DNA of 56,842 nt from a virus (lineage: Duplodnaviria > Caudoviricetes), in IMG/VR virus record IMGVR_UViG_3300033182_000318, positions 1 through 56,842 of that record; one strand, written 5' to 3'. Made by a program: the position numbers and the translations under genes. Under the pieces are notes generated by a model, which did not search any database, was not told the origin of the DNA, and saw only the letters and a list, made by a program, of their open reading frames with translations. How positions within the stretch are numbered: the first letter of the stretch is position 1; each line of letters begins with the position of its first letter. This document shows positions 30,150-37,496 of this stretch, piece by piece.

Positions 30150-30584
30150 CTAAGAAACTGCATCACCATCAATTTCCTGTCTTATAGCTTGTAAGTACTC
30201 CTCTTTGCTCCCATCAACAATCATAACTCCCTGTGTGATTTGTTGTTTTATTTCGGTCTGTTTCGGGGCTTCGAGTCCATATATCTTACTTATTCTATCC
30301 ATAACCGATAAAGCTCTGTCAATAGCTCCTAATTCTCCTTGTTGAACTCTTTCCCATAAGATTAATAAGATTTGATTTAGTCGCTCATATTCTACTTGTC
30401 GGAGTTCATCTGTAGGCTCGGCGATTATGGTTTTCATACTACGTTGAACACTCTTATAGGCTCCACTACTATCAGCATATCCTAATTGCTTTGCAATGAC
30501 CTCATAACTAGCTCCAGCTTTGCGTAATTCTAATGCTTGTCTGTCTTTTTCTCTTACTTCGATTGATTTAGTATTTACTTTCAT
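30150..30584 (-). CDS. HTH protein, probable terminase small subunit
   Basis: ALELRKAGASYEVIAKQLGY HTH; RISKIYGLEAPKQ, a pattern typical of TerS-like proteins. Confidence 0.65.
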   Translation of the reverse strand: MKVNTKSIEVREKDRQALELRKAGASYEVIAKQLGYADSSGAYKSVQRSMKTIIAEPTDELRQVEYERLNQILLILWERVQQGELGAIDRALSVMDRISKIYGLEAPKQTEIKQQITQGVMIVDGSKEEYLQAIRQEIDGDAVS

Positions 30585-30865
30585 GTACTCTGTTTATCTT
30601 ACTCTCAAACTGTCATCTATGCAAAGCCAAACCCCATGAATTTTGAATATCGCATAGAGGTCTTGAATTATGTCTTGTTTCGCCATAACTTGTAGTACCT
30701 AAATACTATTTTTAATCTTAAATAGCTACTATATGAGGACTGGAAATAACTATTTATGTTGTGTTTATTCTTTTTATTTACCTATTATATTAAATGATTT
30801 AATGACACCGAAGCCGAATTTTTTGAAAATTTCTTGCATTTGAGGTCAAAACCCTACCTTTGAGC

Positions 30866-30883
30866 TTGTGAAAAATTTCACAA
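30866..30883. promoter_or_regulatory. Palindromic operator matching the Rex box
   Basis: TTGTGAA-AAAT-TTCACAA. Confidence 0.55.
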
Positions 30884-30941
30884 AGTACAACTATTAGGCA
30901 TGTACTCAACTAATTTTTGCTCAAAAATGGCTATTTTTTTC

Positions 30942-30978
30942 ATGAATATTTATACATGAAAAATGTATAAATATACAT
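30942..30978. repeat. AT-rich inverted repeat
   Basis: ATGAATATTTATACAT-GAAAA-ATGTATAAATATACAT (15/16). Confidence 0.7.
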
Positions 30979-31092
30979 AAATTTTTAGTCCTCTTGTCTA
31001 AAATCCCATTAAATAAGGCTTTAAAATAGGCTTATTTTATGGGCTTTTTTCCAGCTTATTTATTGAAAAAATCTTAAAAATAGGCTACCTAT

Positions 31093-31121
31093 TTGCGAGG
31101 ACTATAGTATACTTATTATAA
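31093..31121 (+). promoter_or_regulatory. Putative promoter for the + strand island
   Basis: TTGCGA plus overlapping TATACT/TATTAT -10 candidates; spacing imperfect. Confidence 0.35.
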
Positions 31122-31660
31122 GGTATTTTATATCTTAAACCATCTTGGATAAAGAGGACAATAGGTGGTAGTTAGCCTACAGTCGTTGTCGGAGGACAAA
31201 ATGGAACTGGCTTTCAGCCTAAGTGCAAAATCTCTCCAAGAGGACACACAGAGCTTGTGTTTTCAAGCTGACTAGAGGACAATAATATACTCTTTTGACC
31301 TTACTGTCAGATGAGGACACAAGTTAAGCCTTCGGTGTATGAGGGCTTAGTCTGTTGTGTTGGTGGTTGATATTGGAGCAACCATACGACTTGCGGAGGA
31401 CGTCTCAGTATAGCGTGATACACCATACCCAAGACCAAAAGTCTTGAGGTCAGTAATCCACTTCAGTTCAAGAAGTAAAAACTACCAAGCTAGGTAGAGG
31501 ACTAACGTTTTATGTGTTAGAAATTGTCTGTGCGTTGGTGTGTAGGGAGAGGACACTTTCCCGTGTAGCCAAATAGTTTGTACAAAAGTACCATAATCAT
31601 AAAAAAGAGGTCTTTTCTTAATAACCAAGTTCCTACATAATAGAGGACGCCTAGTGGATA
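31120..31660 (+). ncRNA. Candidate large structured ncRNA / 5' leader
   Basis: No credible ORF; at least 10 hairpins or helices, e.g. 31252-31269, 31325-31349, 31430-31446, 31482-31497. Confidence 0.5.
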
Positions 31661-31666
31661 ATCGTA

Positions 31667-31941
31667 CAATACGCATTACAATGTCCTCATAGAAATGGGG
31701 GTAATATATGGCTAGAATTGGCTCATGCAGAAGATGTGGAGGACACAATTCCTCAACTTGCTCCTGCAATAGATTAATGATTAATACTAATTTTCCAATT
31801 CAAATGGGATTGGATAAAAAAAGAGGTCAAGCTCAAAAAATACTAATCAAAAATCCTGAAAAAATACAACAAATAATAGACATATTAACTAATTAATTAA
31901 AACTAACTAACTAACTAATGAGGACATTACAATGCGTATTG
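31667..31941. repeat. Inverted repeat pair A (31667-31690 / 31918-31941)
   Basis: CAATACGCATT-AC-AATGTCCTCAT vs ATGAGGACATT-AC-AATGCGTATTG; 22/24 bp. Confidence 0.9.
31708..31896 (+). CDS. Small Cys/His-rich protein
   Basis: CRRCGGHNSSTC; GGGGG RBS; enclosed by IR pair A. Confidence 0.6.
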   Translation: MARIGSCRRCGGHNSSTCSCNRLMINTNFPIQMGLDKKRGQAQKILIKNPEKIQQIIDILTN

Positions 31942-31983
31942 AACATACACTTCCTAATGTACTCCGAGAAAGAGAGTATATAT

Positions 31984-32265
31984 ATGGATAAACAACAATT
32001 AGCCGAATTAGTTGAGTATTTTGGTGAGGTCAAATTCACTAGAAAACAACTTAATCTAATTCGAGAAATCTTAAATATGAACACAATGTCATTAGTCAAT
32101 GAGTACAGCAACAAAAACTCTAAGAGTTTCAAAGTTGCATTAGATAAATTGGCTAGTGTTAATTATGATATAGCAAACGTTATGACAGAGGTCAGCCCAT
32201 CATTTAACCGAGATAAATGGTTTGATGAGGGCAACAAAACCTCAAATGCTCATATGATTTGGTAA
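31984..32265 (+). CDS. Hypothetical protein
   Basis: Start set to MDKQQL (purine-rich RBS); C-terminal SPSFNRDKWF. Confidence 0.6.
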   Translation: MDKQQLAELVEYFGEVKFTRKQLNLIREILNMNTMSLVNEYSNKNSKSFKVALDKLASVNYDIANVMTEVSPSFNRDKWFDEGNKTSNAHMIW

Positions 32266-32280
32266 TATTAAGGAGTACAT

Positions 32281-32400
32281 ATGAGTAAATTTCAACCAAA
32301 GTTCGTTTGTTATTGGTGTAAAACACAATTAGCAGAGGGCGAACAACTTACAGAAATAAAAGGTAACTTTTACTGTAAAAATTGCGATAATGTTAGGTGA
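32281..32400 (+). CDS. Zn-finger miniprotein (39 aa)
   Basis: Hand-translated MSKFQPKFVCYWC...GNFYCKNC; AAGGAG RBS. Confidence 0.65.
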   Translation: MSKFQPKFVCYWCKTQLAEGEQLTEIKGNFYCKNCDNVR

Positions 32401-32548
32401 GGTCGATACACGTATAAAATGTATGTGTAATCAATTCATGGCTAAAGTTTCCGTAATGGCTAACGTAAAGAGTACAACACTTGTACAATTCTTTTGTTTC
32501 CATTGTGGTGCGAGTACTGTAGCTAAAGAACAAGCAAAAAGAGTATAA
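32390..32548 (+). CDS. Zn-ribbon miniprotein (52 aa)
   Basis: Hand-translated MLGEVDTRIKCMC...FFCFHCG. Confidence 0.5.
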   Translation: MLGEVDTRIKCMCNQFMAKVSVMANVKSTTLVQFFCFHCGASTVAKEQAKRV

Positions 32549-32640
32549 AACAAGATTTCGGAGTACATTATGAAGTGTATGGTATGAATTATAACAATCA
32601 GTAATCTACGATAGGTCTGTGTCCTCGTGGAAGGATAAAA

Positions 32641-33546
32641 ATGAATAAAGATAGAGTTATCTTATCAGAGGACGTAAGTTCTCTAATCCCTAAAGGCTCT
32701 TTAGACAATTATGTTGAGAGAGTATTAGCAGGAGGTCAAACAGACCTACAAATACTAGCATACGCACACAAAGTAATGCACAATGTCCTCATTACTGGGG
32801 ATACAGGTGTTGGTAAAACTCATAGTGTTTCAGCTCATGCTGAGAGTACAAGTTTACCATTTGTTTCCATAGCTTGTAATGGTGCTACTAACCCAGACCA
32901 AATGTTTGGGCAATTTAAACCATCAGAGGACGGAAATGGCTTTGAGTGGGTAGACGGAATTGTTACAACTTTAGTAAGAAATGGTGGTGTCCTCTTACTA
33001 GATGAGGTTAATTTTATGAAACCTGACATTTCGGCTGCCCTCCACCCTTTGCTAGATAGTCGCAGAACACTAACTCTAGTTGAAAATGGTGGCGAGGTCA
33101 TCAAAGCTCATAAGGAATTTCAAGTAGTTGCTTGTATAAATCCTAATTATGAGGGCACTAGACCATTAAACGAAGCATTTAAAAATCGCTTTGGTATTCA
33201 TTTAGAATACACCTACGAGGGCAACAATGAGGATATTCTCGTTGAGAATAGACCTACTTTGCTTGAACTCGCAGACAAGCTAAGAGTTGCTCGTGAAAAT
33301 GGTACGATTGCTACACCTGTGAGTACAAACTCACTTATGGAATTTGGCGAATTTGTTGAGGACTTAGGTCTGGAATTTGCTATATCCAATTTCGTTAATA
33401 AATTCGATATTGATGAAAGAGCAGCAATCAAAGAGTACTTTGATGTATTAATACCACAAATCGCTAACGAATTTGGCGAGGACGTTCCTGACATGTTTGT
33501 CAATGATGTACCTCAATCAAATGACTTAGATGATACAGATAACTAA
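32641..33546 (+). CDS. MoxR/CbbQ-NirQ-type AAA+ ATPase
   Basis: GDTGVGKT; LLLDEVN; NPNYEGTRPLNEAFKNRF. Confidence 0.9.
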   Translation: MNKDRVILSEDVSSLIPKGSLDNYVERVLAGGQTDLQILAYAHKVMHNVLITGDTGVGKTHSVSAHAESTSLPFVSIACNGATNPDQMFGQFKPSEDGNGFEWVDGIVTTLVRNGGVLLLDEVNFMKPDISAALHPLLDSRRTLTLVENGGEVIKAHKEFQVVACINPNYEGTRPLNEAFKNRFGIHLEYTYEGNNEDILVENRPTLLELADKLRVARENGTIATPVSTNSLMEFGEFVEDLGLEFAISNFVNKFDIDERAAIKEYFDVLIPQIANEFGEDVPDMFVNDVPQSNDLDDTDN

Positions 33547-33561
33547 GAGAGGACTAACTTA

Positions 33562-35529
33562 ATGGATTATGAAAAAATGTCCATTGAGGAATATAACGAG
33601 TTGATAGAGAGAATGGTTGAGGACACCTCAGCCAACTCTCTTGATGAAATGTCTGCTGAGGACAAACAACGTAAATCTATGGTTGATATTATCGGTCAGA
33701 GTTTTGCGAGTACATTTACTAAGGTAAATCGTATTTTACTTGGCGACTATGAAACTCAAATATTTCTTGAGGACGGTAGACAAAAAATGGTTGATGCTCC
33801 TGCATGGACAGATGGCGAGGACGTATATTTGAATAAAAGATACGTTGCGAAATCTTTTGCTAATTTGGTAGAAAGTAACCAAATTAACTTTAAGAACATA
33901 GCAGAGGTCAAAGGTCTTAACTATCATGAGTTGGCTCATATTTTCTTTACACCAAGAATGAATAGCAAGATAGCGAAAGAGGTCAGAAAAATGGCTGATA
34001 ACTTTCCTGATTATTGGTATGCGTACAACGTGTTAGAGGACTTACGAGCAGAAATGTCTATGGTTATGATATTCCCAAAAATTGTTGATTATTTTTCAAT
34101 CGCAGTTTTTAACTATATCTTAAACCAAGAGGACGGTGATGTTGCAAATTCTTATATGTTGTTAAGTGGTAGATATTTTTTACCAATCGAAACACGTATG
34201 GAAATGAGGTCATTATTCGCACAAGAATATGGCGAAAAATTCACAAAGAATATGGAACAGATTGTCGAGGACTATGTTAAAAATATCACTTATACAAACA
34301 CCCGATATCAAGAGGGCTATGACTTAATCGAAAGATTTGTCATAGAAGTGTTAAAGCCTATGAGGACAAAATCTGGTAAGGCTTTACCGAAGTGCATAGG
34401 TGGTAGTCAACACGTACATGATAAAGATGCAGGAGCAGGTCGAGGTCATTGGGGAAAGAAAACCTTACAAGGTAGTCTTTCTAAAGGTACTACAAGAGTA
34501 CAAGACCAAAAACTTGTTAAACCTTATATAGAGGAATTAATTAATGAAGTTAAGGAAACTATAGAGGACATTAAATCTAACGAAGTTACTAACTTAGGAA
34601 CGAAAGCTGGACGAGGTCAAACTGATAACCAATCGGTTAAAGATGTAAAAGCTAGTTTAGAGGAAATTATCGAAATATACGAGTCCAATCCTACTTTCAA
34701 AAATGATGTTGAAATTACTAAAAAAGATATATCAGCAAAAATTGAGAAAGCAGTTGAGGACATTAACGTTGTCGGTATTACTGCTCAACCTATGCTTGTT
34801 GCACCTTCTCCGAGTACACTTAGTCTAAAATCTCAAATTGATAGATATTTTAGACAATTAAGAATTGACTTAGAGCAAGATTGGTTACGAGGTCGTAAGA
34901 CAGGTATCGTAGATATGAACAGATTAATGAGGACACAACATCTTCCTAGAGCAGATGTTTTCAAAAAATGGAAACCTAGCGAGGAGGACGCTGCTACTAG
35001 CGAGTGTGTTATATTGCTTGATATGTCAGGCAGTATGGACAGCGTTGCGAGGTCAGCTAGTGAAGTTGTGTGGATATTAAAACAATCGTTAGATAAAATC
35101 GGTGTGAGGACTACAGTATTAGGCTTTGCAAATCAATGTTATATTATTTACAAACCTAATCAAAAAGCAATTAGAGGACAAGTTCCTGTATATGCTACTG
35201 GTGGTGGAACTCAACCCGAGTACGCATTGAAACAAGCATTAAACGTTTTACGTACAAGTGATAGAAACAACAAATTTGTTGTTGCCCTCACTGATGGTGC
35301 TTGGACAGATAGCGAAAAAGAAATCGAATTAGTTAGAGAAATTACAAAAGAGGTCGATAGTTCAAATCTCTTATTCTATGGTGGATATTTCGACATGGAG
35401 AGGGCTAAGGACAAAGACAAATATGCTTTTGGAAATTTTACTAACATTAAGCAAATAAAGAAGTTAGAGGACACTTTAGATATTGTAAAATCTATCGTTT
35501 CCGATATAACTAATAAATATATATACTAA
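33562..35529 (+). CDS. VWA-domain partner with N-terminal HExxH-like region
   Basis: APAWTDG; HELAH; NVLED; MIDAS DMSGS, GGGT, LTDG. Confidence 0.85.
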   Translation: MDYEKMSIEEYNELIERMVEDTSANSLDEMSAEDKQRKSMVDIIGQSFASTFTKVNRILLGDYETQIFLEDGRQKMVDAPAWTDGEDVYLNKRYVAKSFANLVESNQINFKNIAEVKGLNYHELAHIFFTPRMNSKIAKEVRKMADNFPDYWYAYNVLEDLRAEMSMVMIFPKIVDYFSIAVFNYILNQEDGDVANSYMLLSGRYFLPIETRMEMRSLFAQEYGEKFTKNMEQIVEDYVKNITYTNTRYQEGYDLIERFVIEVLKPMRTKSGKALPKCIGGSQHVHDKDAGAGRGHWGKKTLQGSLSKGTTRVQDQKLVKPYIEELINEVKETIEDIKSNEVTNLGTKAGRGQTDNQSVKDVKASLEEIIEIYESNPTFKNDVEITKKDISAKIEKAVEDINVVGITAQPMLVAPSPSTLSLKSQIDRYFRQLRIDLEQDWLRGRKTGIVDMNRLMRTQHLPRADVFKKWKPSEEDAATSECVILLDMSGSMDSVARSASEVVWILKQSLDKIGVRTTVLGFANQCYIIYKPNQKAIRGQVPVYATGGGTQPEYALKQALNVLRTSDRNNKFVVALTDGAWTDSEKEIELVREITKEVDSSNLLFYGGYFDMERAKDKDKYAFGNFTNIKQIKKLEDTLDIVKSIVSDITNKYIY

Positions 35530-35601
35530 ATAAATCGAGGACATTAGACCTATCGTAGATTACTGATTATCAAAATTACTCTTTATTAATTAGGAGGACA
35601 T

Positions 35602-35769
35602 ATGACACTAATGCAAATGTTTTTCAAAGATTGTGATAATTGTGGGAGTACTACAATTTGGACAAAACTTGAACAACGCAGCGAAACTCAAACTCTAGTC
35701 GAGTGCGACCAATGTGAAAGGCAGGAAATCATGCCGACTACAGTACACGAGGACGTTTTAGATGGTTGA
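35602..35769 (+). CDS. Zn-ribbon miniprotein (55 aa)
   Basis: Hand-translated CDNCG...VECDQC; AGGAGG RBS. Confidence 0.65.
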   Translation: MTLMQMFFKDCDNCGSTTIWTKLEQRSETQTLVECDQCERQEIMPTTVHEDVLDG

Positions 35770-36148
35770 TGACATTAAAAATATTTTAATATCGTTAAAT
35801 CTAATTCGTACACAAAAGTTATCCTTAGATGACCAAGAGAGTACATTAAAAGCTAAGTTAATGCAATACCTTAAAAATAGTGATATGAAAAGTTTTTCAA
35901 TATCACATGAGGGCTTAAACATTAAATCTACTCTAGTCAAAAATGACAGAATAGAAATTGATGAATTAGGACTTATTGAGGACTTATCTACAGAACAATA
36001 TAATAAAATTATTAAAAAATCTATAGATAAAAAATTGCTTGAAATCGCCATTAAAAATGGGGATATATCAGAGGACATAGCTAAGAAATATCTCAAAGTC
36101 AAAACAGGTAAAGACTATATAAAACTTAATGTTGAGGAGGACAAGTAA
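35762..36148 (+). CDS. Hypothetical protein
   Basis: 128 aa; coiled-coil N-terminus. Confidence 0.6.
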   Translation: MVDDIKNILISLNLIRTQKLSLDDQESTLKAKLMQYLKNSDMKSFSISHEGLNIKSTLVKNDRIEIDELGLIEDLSTEQYNKIIKKSIDKKLLEIAIKNGDISEDIAKKYLKVKTGKDYIKLNVEEDK

Positions 36149-36447
36149 TGATTAATCCAATACAAAAATCCCCCTCAGCATTGAGGACTTGGGTTGATAA
36201 AAACACAAGAGAAAAAGTCTATTTACCGATTGACTTAGCGAGGTCTTTAGATGTGGATATCAAGACAGTTCGTAGATGGTTGAGAACAAAGAAAATTTTG
36301 CCTAGTTATCATTTAACGCAGGGAAAAAATTCAATACCAATATGGACTGCTGAGGACATTATCTATGTACAAAATTGGTATGTAAACAAATCAAAAGGAA
36401 AACAACCTAAATATAGAGAGGAGGTCAGTACAGATGATAACATTTAG
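36148..36447 (+). CDS. MerR/Xis-like HTH DNA-binding protein
   Basis: DLARSLDVDIKTVRRW...WTAEDI. Confidence 0.7.
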   Translation: MINPIQKSPSALRTWVDKNTREKVYLPIDLARSLDVDIKTVRRWLRTKKILPSYHLTQGKNSIPIWTAEDIIYVQNWYVNKSKGKQPKYREEVSTDDNI

Positions 36448-36637
36448 TAGTGGCTTACATTTAGCAATTATATTCGTAATGGCTTTAGCTATGCTTTATA
36501 TACTTTTCGAGGTCTATAACGTAGTTAGGCTTTATATTGCCGAATATAAATACAACAAAGAAAAACCAATAAACATTGACTTTAACAAGAGTACAGATGT
36601 TGATGAGTTTTTCAATAATACTTACAAAACATGGTAA
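36434..36637 (+). CDS. Small membrane protein
   Basis: N-terminal TM helix. Confidence 0.55.
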   Translation: MITFSSGLHLAIIFVMALAMLYILFEVYNVVRLYIAEYKYNKEKPINIDFNKSTDVDEFFNNTYKTW

Positions 36638-36852
36638 AAAAACCAAGTCTAAACGAGGGCGATACCATAGAACACGCTTTAACTGTTGAAACTGTTATAG
36701 CTGGTCAAAAAATATGGATAAAGACAGGAGCTACCACTACTGTGAGGACAGGCGAAAGTCCGAGTGGTGCTAGTAAACGTTTAGCCAACTTTGTAAGCAG
36801 GAGGACTTCACAACAAGTGCAAGAAATCCGAAACGCAGGTAAATCAGAGTAA
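36631..36852 (+). CDS. Hypothetical protein
   Basis: 73 aa; last gene before terminator. Confidence 0.55.
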   Translation: MVKKPSLNEGDTIEHALTVETVIAGQKIWIKTGATTTVRTGESPSGASKRLANFVSRRTSQQVQEIRNAGKSE

Positions 36853-36882
36853 TTTTGAGTACATAATTCATACGTACCTTTT

Positions 36883-36932
36883 GGGGATAGTAGTTAAATT
36901 TTATTATTTAGCTACTATCCCCATTTTTTTTT
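36883..36932 (+). terminator. Intrinsic terminator of the + strand island
   Basis: GGGGATAGTAGTTAAAT / ATTTAGCTACTATCCCC stem followed by a T-run. Confidence 0.85.
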
Positions 36933-37496
36933 GTGCTCTTTTTTTTGAGATAGAACCCCCCCAGCAGCCCACAAAAAAAAGAGTGCATTTTTCAGTTTTC
37001 ATGACACACCCAGCAGAGAAATATCAGAATATTGAGAACAATTTTTGTTAAATTCCCACGGAGGCTAGGCTTCCAAAGAGAACAGATTTGCTTCGCTGCC
37101 ATTAAATTATGTTCTCTTTTCTTCTAATTCTCGCCATCTGGCTTTTGCAAGAAACTGTGCTCGGGAAGGAAGGAGTGAATTTTTGAGATGCTCTCATTTT
37201 TTTTTCACCCAAGGGGGAATGTCAGGAAAAAATAAAGAGCTCACCAAACACCAACCCCACCTCCATCTTCAAAAAAAAAAAGTACTCAGAACCCATCTCA
37301 GCATCATTTTTGCTCTCTTTTTTTAGTGCGAACCGTTTGCAAGAAGAATTGTCCTCTTTTTTTTACGCAACATAATAAATGTCCTCGTTTTTTGAAAATA
37401 CACCTTTAAGGGCACTTTAAAAATGCACTCGGAACTTTCAAAACTTCCACAAATGAAAAATGATATTTTTGACTAACTATATAAGAGTGCGAAAGT

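Larger units (their letters stand above)
31944..32581. repeat. Inverted repeat pair B (31944-31967 / 32558-32581)
   Basis: CATACACTTCCTAATGTACTCCGA vs TCGGAGTACATTATGAAGTGTATG; 23/24 bp. Confidence 0.9.
32596..35568. repeat. Inverted repeat pair C (32596-32627 / 35536-35568)
   Basis: 23 bp perfect AATCAGTAATCTACGATAGGTCT plus 8 bp TGTCCTCG after a small internal loop; brackets the AAA and VWA genes. Confidence 0.95.
35570..36858. repeat. Inverted repeat pair D (35570-35582 / 36846-36858)
   Basis: TCAAAATTACTCT vs AGAGTAATTTTGA; 13 bp perfect; brackets five small genes. Confidence 0.75.
32582..36873. repeat. Inverted repeat pair E (32582-32592 / 36863-36873) enclosing pairs C and D
   Basis: GTATGAATTAT vs ATAATTCATAC; 11 bp perfect; sits at the junctions of the other stems. 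Confidence 0.6.
30657..37390. repeat. Dispersed GAG(G/T)NC hexamer array (GAGGAC > GAGGTC, GAGTAC, GAGGGC)
   Basis: ~100 copies by eye, spaced ~40-100 bp, mostly + strand, in coding and non-coding DNA. Confidence 0.9.

Noticed and set aside
31097-31660. CRISPR array (recurring GAGGAC at ~40-50 bp spacing)
   Set aside because: Repeat is only 6-7 bp, spacing is variable, it continues through CDSs, and there is no cas locus; the Cas4-like gene looks like an ordinary phage exonuclease
31886-31918. (CTAA)n microrepeat
   Set aside because: Short AT-rich low-complexity spacer with no further support
32596-35568. IS/transposon defined by terminal inverted repeats
   Set aside because: No transposase or recombinase and no target-site duplication seen; it is one of five abutting IR pairs
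32641-36852. GAGGAC copies as Shine-Dalgarno sites or simple Glu-Asp codons
   Set aside because: Most copies are not before starts, occur in several frames and in non-coding DNA; acidic proteins elsewhere use GAA GAT
31120-36860. CsrA/RsmA sponge as the explanation for the motif
   Set aside because: Many copies lack GGA (GAGGTC, GAGTAC, GAGGGC); some are antisense or upstream of the likely transcript
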